The translations under genes were made by a program, and so were the position numbers. From Dehalococcoidia bacterium (GTDB taxonomy: Bacteria > Chloroflexota > Dehalococcoidia > UBA2979), in assembly GCA_029247135.1 (NCBI GenBank), contig JAQWLS010000009.1, positions 1,863 to 65,862 of the forward strand: a stretch of DNA of 64,000 nucleotides, given 5' to 3'. Below, in pieces: positions 39,571-48,059 of this stretch; positions within the stretch are counted from its first letter, which is position 1, and each line of letters opens with the position of its first letter. The notes under the pieces are model-generated. The model saw only the letters and a program-made list of their open reading frames with translations, did not search any database and was not told the DNA's origin.

Positions 39571-40590
39571 CTAGCCGCAAGTGGTCTGAACAATCAGACG
39601 CGTCACCAAATATGGGTCCATATTCGAAGCCGGACGACGATCCTCTAAATAGCCTTTTTGATCGACTTCAACCTGCCACGGTATTCGTATGGATGCACCT
39701 CTATCAGAAACGCCATAACTGAACTGATCTATTCGTTGCGTCTCATGAGCTCCAGTTAAACGATTTTCATTACCGGCTCCATAGTTAAGTATGTGCTCCT
39801 GTATATTTTTACCAAGCGCCTCACATGCATCAACAATTGGTTGATACGACTCCCTCATAGACTTAGTAGAGTAATTTGTGTGACAACCGGCACCATTCCA
39901 ATCACCCAATACAGGCTTTGGATCGATAGACACAACCACATCATATTCTTCTGCTACACGGTGTAAAAGCCAGCGAGATACCCATAACTGATCTGATACT
40001 TCCAGAGGCCCTAGTGGGCCAACTTGGAATTCCCATTGTCCTGGCATCACTTCAGCATTTGTTCCTGCTATACCAATTCCCGCCTCGATACAGGCTGAGG
40101 CGTGTGCCTCAGATATTTCTCGACCGAAAATATTATTGGCACCCACTGCACAATAGTACGGACCTTGTGGCCCAGGAAATCCACCCTCTGGAAACCCAAG
40201 TGGCTGTTGGCCATCCGCCTCAAACAGAGTGTATTCCTGTTCAATTCCAAACCATGCCTCTTCATCAGCAAATTTCTCCGCCACATCGGCACAGGCTGCT
40301 CGGGTATTAGTTGGATGAGGAGTCATATCAGGCAACAAAACTTCACACATCACTAATACGTCATTACCGCCCCTGATCGGATCAGGACAGCTGTAAACAG
40401 GCCTAAGAACACAATCAGAGTTTTCACCTGGCGCCTGATTAGTACTTGAACCATCAAATCCCCATATAGGAAAATCCGTCGTTCCATCTGCTAGCACTCG
40501 TGTTTTAGAACGCATAGATGGGCTTGGGTCAGTCCCATCAATCCAAATATATTCCGCCTTAAACGCCATAATCCCCACCTTTCGCTGCAC
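39571..40590 (-). CDS. glnII: Glutamine synthetase type II
   Basis: The AEYIWIDGT N-terminal motif and the ATP-binding signature KPVLGDWNGAGCHTNYST are present. About 330 aa; the start is probably the Met at 40569. Confidence 0.8.
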   Translation of the reverse strand: MQRKVGIMAFKAEYIWIDGTDPSPSMRSKTRVLADGTTDFPIWGFDGSSTNQAPGENSDCVLRPVYSCPDPIRGGNDVLVMCEVLLPDMTPHPTNTRAACADVAEKFADEEAWFGIEQEYTLFEADGQQPLGFPEGGFPGPQGPYYCAVGANNIFGREISEAHASACIEAGIGIAGTNAEVMPGQWEFQVGPLGPLEVSDQLWVSRWLLHRVAEEYDVVVSIDPKPVLGDWNGAGCHTNYSTKSMRESYQPIVDACEALGKNIQEHILNYGAGNENRLTGAHETQRIDQFSYGVSDRGASIRIPWQVEVDQKGYLEDRRPASNMDPYLVTRLIVQTTCG

Positions 40591-40716
40591 CTCCCCTAAA
40601 AGGAAGTTTGATTAACCAATTATTTCGCGACAATGTTTCGTCTGTATTATCAACTCAAGTCGTAAATATTAAAACAATTAAATCAATGAAACCAAGCAAA
40701 AGAAATTAAATATAAC

Positions 40717-41388
40717 TCACCTATAACGGTCTACAAAACGATATCCCACGTTGCGAACAGTTTCGACGAATTCTTCCTCTGATTCAATCTTTGCTCGAAT
40801 ACGACGAACATGTACATCAACCGTGCGAACACCTCCAAAATAGTCGTACCCCCAAACCTGATTTAGTAGCACTTCTCGGGTATACGGACGGCCAGGGCTA
40901 GACGCCAAAAAACGTAAAAGTGAATATTCTTTATACGTAAGATCTATTGGCTCGCCTGCAAGAGTCACCCGGTACCTATCTAAATCAATAATCAATGGCC
41001 CATGACGAAGCCGGTTATCAACGTCCGTGCCAAGACTTCTTGTTATCTGTTTCGAAATTCGTACGCGAAGCTCTTCCTGAGAAACAGGAGCCTCCACAAA
41101 ATCATCCACCTCAAGAGATCGAAGATCAGGATAAGAGCTCGACGTAACAATTAAAATAACCGATGGCGTTGCTAAAACTGCCTCGTCTCTCAAAAGCGCA
41201 GCTATACCTCCCATAGATAAGCCCATGTCCAAATCGATCAGTATCGATACTGGACGCCAAGATCGTGCCTCTTCCAAGCATTCCCGAGCAGTCGAAACAA
41301 CCTTAGACAATCGACCATCCGTGCGAGCTACTGCCTCCACATCAGCCACGTATTCCAAGTTGTTAGTTAAAGTGAGATAACCTTCCAT
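40717..41388 (-). CDS. OmpR-family winged-helix response regulator with an atypical receiver domain
   Basis: The C-terminal trans_reg_C domain (LLNQVWGYDYFGGVRTVDVHVRRIRAKIE) is present. The receiver domain lacks the N-terminal acidic DD pair, and the conserved Lys is replaced (DDFVEAP instead of DDY.xKP). No histidine kinase gene is adjacent. Confidence 0.7.
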   Translation of the reverse strand: MEGYLTLTNNLEYVADVEAVARTDGRLSKVVSTARECLEEARSWRPVSILIDLDMGLSMGGIAALLRDEAVLATPSVILIVTSSSYPDLRSLEVDDFVEAPVSQEELRVRISKQITRSLGTDVDNRLRHGPLIIDLDRYRVTLAGEPIDLTYKEYSLLRFLASSPGRPYTREVLLNQVWGYDYFGGVRTVDVHVRRIRAKIESEEEFVETVRNVGYRFVDRYR

Positions 41389-41681
41389 ACCAGCGAGTCT
41401 AACAGTCCGCCAGACTACACAATAAGAACATATGTGCTATTATCATACTTGATTAGTAATTTAACAAGCGCTGCACCCCGTCCTACTTCTCAAAACTAAG
41501 ACTGGTGAATGAGTTCACATAATTGCGTATAGAGGTGAAATATAGCTAACCTCATAAGTCGCGGTCTAAATATTCACATATTTAGAAAGTAAATGCGCAA
41601 AACTGCGTGAACAATCCAAGCATGAGTATGAATTGGTGCGGCAGAGTAGATTAGTAATCCGGCTCCGACGCACTTGGAGGG

Positions 41682-42329
41682 TTGGCTGTTGTGAAGGTAA
41701 TGTTTGTTGAAACTGTTGAGGGATCTGGCTCGATGGGAGACGTCAAAGACGTCAAGCCTGGGTATGCCAGAAACTATCTCTTACCAAAAGGTCTTGCTGT
41801 TCCAGCAACTCCACATGCGGTAGCGCGTGCTGAGGAGCTTCGAAGGCAAGAGCTTGAAAGACAGCAAGTGCTCGACGAGCACTACCATGAACTTGTTAAT
41901 CGGCTTACCGAAAAACCAATAATTATTGGAGTTCGGGTAGGTGAACAAGGCCGCCTCTACGGATCCGTCAATAATGCAGACATCGCTAAGAACGCTGGGG
42001 AGATTCTTGGTGAAGATCTGGACAGACGTAGAATACTTCTTGGAGAAGCTATTCGACAAGTCGGTGTCTATACTGTGCAACTTCGACTTTCTCCGAAAGT
42101 ACAACCACATATAACCGTGGTTGTAGTTGACGAGGAATCACCTGATGGTGTGGAAGCTGCTGCGCAATTGCTATTAAACCCTCCTGAAAACGTTGACCCT
42201 GCGATACCCGCAGATGATCAAACTTTTCAAGAAAACTCTGAAGAAGATTCAGGGGATAGCGTGCAGAGTATTGATACTGAAACAGAGTCTTCAAGCGCGT
42301 CGGAATCGGAATCTGAACAAGATATATAG
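41682..42329 (+). CDS. rplI: 50S ribosomal protein L9 with an acidic Ser/Glu-rich C-terminal extension
   Basis: The L9 N-domain GSMGDVKDVKPGYARNYLLPKGLAV is present. The true start is likely the GTG or ATG a few codons into the listed ORF. The tail reads ...DTETESSSASESESEQDI. Confidence 0.85.
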   Translation: MAVVKVMFVETVEGSGSMGDVKDVKPGYARNYLLPKGLAVPATPHAVARAEELRRQELERQQVLDEHYHELVNRLTEKPIIIGVRVGEQGRLYGSVNNADIAKNAGEILGEDLDRRRILLGEAIRQVGVYTVQLRLSPKVQPHITVVVVDEESPDGVEAAAQLLLNPPENVDPAIPADDQTFQENSEEDSGDSVQSIDTETESSSASESESEQDI

Positions 42330-42434
42330 TTAGGTTTATTGAAAAGATCATACTTAATGATCTTTCTGCCAGTGCTTAGAATGCTCTTGCGATAACTCAA
42401 TTCACCTGACGACGAAGGCTCCGAGGGCTTACAA

Positions 42435-43883
42435 ATGGTGAATTCAACAAGTGGCAGGCTATCTGCTTTTCCGCAACGGGATCGAACCGTCGAAAGCTCC
42501 ACTAACCGCTTACCGCCGCACGATATAAGTGCCGAAGAGGCTGTGATAGCAGCGATTTTACTGGATGACAGTGCCTTGGTCCGAGCATCCGCCATTGTTA
42601 ATACTGATGATTTCTTTGATGTATCGTGCAGAGCTGCATTTGAGGCAAGCCTATTATTAGAAGAACGTGCAGAAGAAATTACTGCGACCACTGTCAGTCA
42701 TGAACTAGAAAGATTGGGGCTTCTTGATTCCGTCGGCGGTGAGAGATTCTTAGCAGAAGTAATCGGTAAACACTTCACTGCTGAAGGAGTAGAGGCCCAT
42801 GCCCGAATAGTACGGCGAGATGGTCTGTATCGTCAGGCCATTGAAGGCTTCAATTTATTGCTCCAGAAAGCTTATGAAGGAGGCTCGAATCAAGAGTCTG
42901 TAATTGCAATGGCCGAAGAACTCCTCTTAAATATTAGAGGCGCAGTGGGTTCCGGTGATTTTAAGCACATCGGGCTCATATTAGAAGAAATGCTTGAAAA
43001 CGCGGACAACGATGAAAACTTGTCACTTCGAGCGGTGGCAAGTGGATTTCATGACCTGGATGCGCAACTTAATGGCGGGTTTCAAAGAGGCAATCTAATA
43101 GTAGTTGCGGCTCGGCCGGGACATGGAAAATCTGCTTTACTTCTAAATTTCGCGCGTCACTGCGCCGTGGAATCTACAGGGACAGTCGCTCTATTTTCAA
43201 TGGAAATGGCTGGAATCGAACTAGGAAAAAGGTTGCTCGCATCTGAATCTGGTATCGCCTCCCCAAAACTTGTTTATGACGATGATCATGCAATTGAACT
43301 AGCAAAAGTTATGGCTGCGCACGGACAACTCTCAGAAGCGTCAATTTATATTAATGAGCAAGGAGATCTTACTGTCGCCGAAATTCGGGCGGCAGCCAAA
43401 CGAATGAAAGCTGAACACGGATTAGATCTACTAATTGTGGACTACCTGCAGCTTGTGAGTAGTTCACAAAGATACGACTCTCCGGTGGCTAGTGTTACTC
43501 AAATATCACGAACTCTCAAACAAATTGCTCGCGAATTAGATGTTCCGGTGATAGCTGCAGCACAGCTAAACCGAGCGGTCGAGCAACGAAAACCTCACAT
43601 ACCAATTTTATCTGACTTGCGTGAATCAGGTTCGATCGAGCAGGACGCAGACATTGTTATGTTCATATATAGAGAATCGGAATACCACAAAAGCGAAGAT
43701 CCACAAGATTGGCCTCCAGATCTTGATCCACGACAGGCCAAAATAATTGTCGCAAAACATAGAAATGGAGCTACAGGGGTTATTGACTTGCACTGGGAAG
43801 AAACTTTGGCAACGTTCAAAGAATATGAACTCTATGCTGATTCTCCAACAGGACCAATAGAAAATGGCTTTGAGAGCTTCTAA
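42435..43883 (+). CDS. dnaB: Replicative DNA helicase
   Basis: The DnaB N-terminal motif (PPHDISAEEAVIAAILLD) and the RecA-like C-terminal domain are present, with Walker A (RPGHGKSALLLNFA), Walker B (LLIVDYLQL) and SGSIEQDADIVMF. No intein. Confidence 0.9.
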   Translation: MVNSTSGRLSAFPQRDRTVESSTNRLPPHDISAEEAVIAAILLDDSALVRASAIVNTDDFFDVSCRAAFEASLLLEERAEEITATTVSHELERLGLLDSVGGERFLAEVIGKHFTAEGVEAHARIVRRDGLYRQAIEGFNLLLQKAYEGGSNQESVIAMAEELLLNIRGAVGSGDFKHIGLILEEMLENADNDENLSLRAVASGFHDLDAQLNGGFQRGNLIVVAARPGHGKSALLLNFARHCAVESTGTVALFSMEMAGIELGKRLLASESGIASPKLVYDDDHAIELAKVMAAHGQLSEASIYINEQGDLTVAEIRAAAKRMKAEHGLDLLIVDYLQLVSSSQRYDSPVASVTQISRTLKQIARELDVPVIAAAQLNRAVEQRKPHIPILSDLRESGSIEQDADIVMFIYRESEYHKSEDPQDWPPDLDPRQAKIIVAKHRNGATGVIDLHWEETLATFKEYELYADSPTGPIENGFESF

Positions 43884-44643
43884 CACAGCTCAAAACATTA
43901 TGAATGATCCAAGTAAGTTCGATAAAAAAGTACTCTTTCATACTGGTCAAGCTGTTATACCCGTGCCTGTACAATTCTTCACCGAGATTCTCTTAAATAT
44001 AGAAGATGAAGCTGAACTAAGAGTTGCTCTTTATATTTGGTATGCAATCACGCGAAAAGTAGGTGGTCAACGCTTCATCCTCGAATCTGATATCACAAAT
44101 GACCCACTACTTGCGAACTGGTTTACACATAAAGGTGGCACTGAAAGGCTTTTAAGCTCAATTGACTTGACTCGAAAAAGAGGGCTGTTTATAGGAGCGG
44201 AGTTACCAAATAAAGACTTCGTACTCCTCCCCAACGATGAGGCGGGCCAGAGACTTCTCGATAGATTTATCATGGATTCAGAAGTACTACACGACCAAGT
44301 ACAGGCAACCACACCAGTCAGAAATCAAACTACGTCAGCACGATCGCCGGTTGCGATTAAGTACGAGCAGGAAATAGGGATCATAACTCCATCAATCGCG
44401 ACTACACTTCAGAATTCAGAGAGTCGCTACCCCATGAATTGGATACTTGAGGCAATCTCGGTGGCGGCTGAATCAAATGCTAGATCTTGGCGATATGTAC
44501 AAACAATTCTAGAAAATTGGCAGAAGAACGGACGAAATAATGGCAACCAGAAAACTACACGAATTCCTACCGAAAAATCAGGAAACCACAGAAGCCCCTA
44601 CGACGACCTCATTCGAAAAGGAAATGATCATATCAAATCGTGA
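43864..44643 (+). CDS. DnaD-domain replication initiation/membrane-attachment-like protein
   Basis: An N-terminal winged-helix-like region (LRVALYIWY) and a C-terminal DnaD-type motif (ARSWRYVQTILENW) are present. It overlaps the dnaB stop and the downstream loader gene. Confidence 0.6.
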   Translation: MALRASNTAQNIMNDPSKFDKKVLFHTGQAVIPVPVQFFTEILLNIEDEAELRVALYIWYAITRKVGGQRFILESDITNDPLLANWFTHKGGTERLLSSIDLTRKRGLFIGAELPNKDFVLLPNDEAGQRLLDRFIMDSEVLHDQVQATTPVRNQTTSARSPVAIKYEQEIGIITPSIATTLQNSESRYPMNWILEAISVAAESNARSWRYVQTILENWQKNGRNNGNQKTTRIPTEKSGNHRSPYDDLIRKGNDHIKS

Positions 44644-45925
44644 GCGAGTAGCTGTCTGCTTAGTTTGCGATGATATGGGATTTGTCAGAGTGACGAATAA
44701 TATTGAGGATTCCCGCTTTGGACAATCTTATCCGTGCAGCTGCACAATCACCGCTCGACATGAAAGAGCTGGGAAACAACTTCTGAATCAATCAGGTTTA
44801 GGATCTCTCCGTAGACTGAATTTCGAAAACCTCATTAGCCACGGAAGGACTCAAGACGCCAAAAATCGAGATCAGTACGAGCTAGCCGTCAAAGAAGCAA
44901 AAAAATATGCAAATGAGCCGAACAAGTGGCTCACAATTATTGGAGAACACGGAAGTGGTAAAACACATATAGCCGCAGCAATTGCAAATGCCTCTCTCAG
45001 CCTCGGACGACCAACTTTGTTCTTTTCAATTCCCGACTTGATGGAGCATCTCCGCCGAGAATCACTCGGGAGAGATTTTCCTGAATCTGAAACGATGACG
45101 GTCGATCGAATATTTAATATCCCGCTATTGATTATCGATGATTGTCACTCCAAAATAAATACAACCTGGGCACAAGAAAAATTCAACCAACTTCTTAATC
45201 ACCGATGGAATGCCCAGCTGCCGACAGTTTTCACCACGCCGACTCTGGACAAAAGCATAGGTACGCGCCTGAATATTAGACTCTCAGATAACGAATCTTC
45301 AGATATTTTAGATCTAGGAATTTGGGAAACAAGCACCTACAGCTCATTAGGTGCTATGACTGAACAAGTGATCAAACAATATACGTTCGATAATTTTCTC
45401 TCGGATGGTATTGGCCTGTCTCCCCAGCAAAGCAGTGAACTGATAGGGCTGGAATCCCGCTTGAGAGAGTGGTCAATCGAACCCGATGGTTGGATTGTAC
45501 TCACAGGTAAGCATGGCGTAGGAAAAACACATCTTGCCTCAGCCATTGCAAACGTTCGCTTACATCAAGGTGATCGTGTTGCGTTTACGACCGTACCCGA
45601 TCTTCTAGACCACCTCCGAGCATCATATAACCAAGACTCACAAGACTCGTACGACCAAGTATTCCGACGTTTATTGGAAGTCCAATTACTTATTCTGGAC
45701 GATCTAGGAGCTCATAAATCCTCCGATTGGGCTGAAGAGAAAATATATCAATTAATAAATCATCGATATCTTGCCCGCAGCTGGACCGTCATAACAATGA
45801 ACGGAAAACCGAGCGAACTAGAACCACGTCTAGCAAGTAGGCTAACTTTTACTGAACTCTCTGAGGTATATAGAGTAGACGCACAAGACTTCAGAACACT
45901 GCGACCCGAAACTGAAGCTAGTTAG
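44624..45925 (+). CDS. Helicase-loader-like protein with two tandem DnaC/DnaI (IstB-type) AAA+ domains and an N-terminal Cys cluster
   Basis: Walker A x2 (GEHGSGKTH and GKHGVGKTH). Walker B x2 (LLIIDDCHSK, degenerate, and canonical LLILDDLGAHKSSDWAEEKIYQLINHRY). The N-terminus reads CLVCDDMGF...SYPCSC. The start is taken at the ATG at 44624 (aaaggaa RBS); the ORF track allows 44540. Confidence 0.7.
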   Translation: MIISNRERVAVCLVCDDMGFVRVTNNIEDSRFGQSYPCSCTITARHERAGKQLLNQSGLGSLRRLNFENLISHGRTQDAKNRDQYELAVKEAKKYANEPNKWLTIIGEHGSGKTHIAAAIANASLSLGRPTLFFSIPDLMEHLRRESLGRDFPESETMTVDRIFNIPLLIIDDCHSKINTTWAQEKFNQLLNHRWNAQLPTVFTTPTLDKSIGTRLNIRLSDNESSDILDLGIWETSTYSSLGAMTEQVIKQYTFDNFLSDGIGLSPQQSSELIGLESRLREWSIEPDGWIVLTGKHGVGKTHLASAIANVRLHQGDRVAFTTVPDLLDHLRASYNQDSQDSYDQVFRRLLEVQLLILDDLGAHKSSDWAEEKIYQLINHRYLARSWTVITMNGKPSELEPRLASRLTFTELSEVYRVDAQDFRTLRPETEAS

Positions 45926-46359
45926 GGTTTTGGCTTTATACCCTCCTGCCATTCCGCACCGTCCAGGCTCCATTCCTTTTTCCAGACAGGGACCGTCTCT
46001 TTCACACGATCAACTGCTCGCAGAGCTGCCTCAAAAGCATCCGCCCGATGGGCGGCTGAAACAGCAACAATTAAAGATGTATCTCCTATGTCTAACGTAC
46101 CGACTCGGTGCTGAATCATAACCTCGTAGACCTCGCGCTCGCCAAAAAACGAAAGTATTTCATCTCGCACATGTGAAATCTGTGTGGCCGCCATTTCAAC
46201 ATAAGCCTCGTATTCTAAACGAACGACACTATGACCCTCATGATGGTTTCGCACAACACCCTCGAAAACGATAACTGCACCTGACTCGTCAGTCTGAATC
46301 GAAGACCGAATCAAACCGGTATCAAGAACATTCTCAGTAACTAAAGGAATTTCACTCAT
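45922..46359 (-). CDS. moaE: Molybdopterin synthase catalytic subunit
   Basis: 145-aa ORF with MoaE family motifs (GAVIVFEGVVRNHHEG..., RVKETVPVWKKE). Confidence 0.85.
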   Translation of the reverse strand: MSEIPLVTENVLDTGLIRSSIQTDESGAVIVFEGVVRNHHEGHSVVRLEYEAYVEMAATQISHVRDEILSFFGEREVYEVMIQHRVGTLDIGDTSLIVAVSAAHRADAFEAALRAVDRVKETVPVWKKEWSLDGAEWQEGIKPKP

Positions 46360-46613
46360 TACGATCCGCCAGCGATAGGTGGTACTAATGCCACAGAATC
46401 TCCGTCTGAAAGCTCTGATTCATCTGAGAGTATATATTCTTCGTTAACTGCGATAGCTACCCCGGACAAGTAAGGTTTCAATTTTGGATATTGTGTTTCC
46501 AAGGCCTCTCGTAATGAGGCAACTGAAACTAGATCTTGGTCAAGCTCTACTGTTAAAAGGTCACTCTCCATGACCTCTCTTAAACCCGCGAACAGCTGTA
46601 CCGAAATTTCCAT
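46359..46613 (-). CDS. moaD: Molybdopterin synthase sulfur-carrier subunit MoaD-like (ends GGS)
   Basis: 84-aa ThiS/MoaD fold ending ...VPPIAGGS-stop. The stop overlaps the moaE start (TAATG). Confidence 0.75.
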   Translation of the reverse strand: MEISVQLFAGLREVMESDLLTVELDQDLVSVASLREALETQYPKLKPYLSGVAIAVNEEYILSDESELSDGDSVALVPPIAGGS

Positions 46614-46645
46614 AACTTCCCAGAGCCTTCCTCACTTCAGTATAG

Positions 46646-47902
46646 CTAAATAAAAGCCCTAATAAGTGGTCGACGAATCAACACGAAACAAGCAACTGAA
46701 AAAATAATTAACCCAACTGCGGAAAATACTATCTGCAGCCCTAATATGGTGGCGAAAAAACCCAGAAAAAGTGCTCCTATTTGCATAAAACCCTGCGACA
46801 TAAATATAAAACTGTTAATTCGCCCTAATACTCGATTTTCAACTACTGACTGAACAATGCTAGAACTCAGTGCGTTAATAGCCATTAAACTAGCGCCGCA
46901 AAATAAGTTAAAAGAAAATACAAATATTAGAGTTCTCGACCAACTGTAGAAGAAAATACTTAGTCCTAGCATCGCTACAGCCAAAATAAGTGTGAGGCCT
47001 CTTGGAAACTTATGGCCTTTATTGGCCAAGGTTAAAGTTGATAAAGTAGCACCGACGTTCCAAGAAACAATCATTATTCCCCAATCAAATGCTGTGAAGC
47101 CAAGCATCTCATCTACCCATATCGCGATAAGCTGGCCCATCACACCAGATCCCAAAGCTATTGAAATCCAATTCAATGCCAGAATTAGACGAAGTATTTC
47201 TTGCTCCTTCAGAACACGAACGCCCTGAGAAACGTTCTCTAACAAGCTCACACCAGTCGATTCAGTATCAGCCGCCGTACGGCCAGTTTTGATCGCTAAG
47301 GCAACTACTAAGCCAACAGCTGGGCCAAGACCTGAAAATAGATAGGCTAAGGTATAGCTATGGTGCTCAATCAGCCACCCAGCAACCGGACCTGAGGCCA
47401 AAGCCCCAAAAGACATAACCGCAAAAAACAGACTAATCGCCATCGCCGAATACTGGGAATTTACAGAATTTCTTATGAGCGCAACTTTGTTCGGCTGATC
47501 TTGTGCTAGCACAATTCCAAAAGACCCGAAAAGTAAAATTGTAGCGAATAATCGAAATAAAGTTGGATCAGCACGTTCAAATAGATAGAGCACTGCGCTC
47601 ACGAGGACAATCAACAAAAGGGTTACACCTTGGTTAGTTCGCATCACTGTTCGCCTGGGAAAGCGATCCACCAAAGTCCCAGCAATGACTATATAGCCGA
47701 GAAAAATTAGTCCACGAAACGCGGCCGCAAGACCCAAGAACATTGCACTGAGGTTTTCTGGTGCACTCTGACTGATGTACCAAGACTGAGTAATAAACAT
47801 CATCGGCTGAGTAAATCCAATAAAAAGTTGCGCCGCAAGTAAAAGTCTAAAATCACGAAAATTAAAAACTGCTCTCAGCCGCTTGGTCGGTTCATTTATC
47901 AT
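46646..47902 (-). CDS. MFS transporter
   Basis: 418-aa ORF with about 12 predicted TM helices and the MFS loop motif (DRFPRRTVM). Confidence 0.7.
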   Translation of the reverse strand: MINEPTKRLRAVFNFRDFRLLLAAQLFIGFTQPMMFITQSWYISQSAPENLSAMFLGLAAAFRGLIFLGYIVIAGTLVDRFPRRTVMRTNQGVTLLLIVLVSAVLYLFERADPTLFRLFATILLFGSFGIVLAQDQPNKVALIRNSVNSQYSAMAISLFFAVMSFGALASGPVAGWLIEHHSYTLAYLFSGLGPAVGLVVALAIKTGRTAADTESTGVSLLENVSQGVRVLKEQEILRLILALNWISIALGSGVMGQLIAIWVDEMLGFTAFDWGIMIVSWNVGATLSTLTLANKGHKFPRGLTLILAVAMLGLSIFFYSWSRTLIFVFSFNLFCGASLMAINALSSSIVQSVVENRVLGRINSFIFMSQGFMQIGALFLGFFATILGLQIVFSAVGLIIFSVACFVLIRRPLIRAFI

Positions 47903-48059
47903 CGATACAAGTTATTCTCTCTAGCATCCAAGTAACGTAAAAATCCAGCTGCGACGCAAAATTGATCAATTGTTCAATTACAGTAACACCTGCTAAAAAC
48001 TTAGTCCCTAGAATAAATACAAAAGAAAAAACAAAAATCCATAAACTGAGAGAATTGCT

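Noticed and set aside
42227-42691. 154-aa minus-strand ORF spanning the rplI-dnaB junction, and many other 60-120-aa antisense ORFs inside large CDSs (e.g. 970-1524, 8127-8480, 13446-14343, 27697-28136, 38249-38767)
   Set aside because: They lie antisense to well-supported conserved genes. They have low-complexity, Arg/Ser-rich translations typical of out-of-frame reads of coding DNA.
44624-45925. IstB-like AAA+ domains that could indicate an IS21-family insertion sequence
   Set aside because: There is no IstA transposase and no terminal inverted repeats. The gene sits in a dnaB-DnaD-loader context and has a DnaI-like Cys-cluster N-terminus, so a helicase loader is the better reading.
43864-45925. 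A possible prophage replication module (DnaD-like plus DnaC-like genes are common in phages)
   Set aside because: No integrase, terminase, capsid or lysis genes occur anywhere in the window. The flanking genes are core chromosomal (rplI, dnaB, moaE/moaD).
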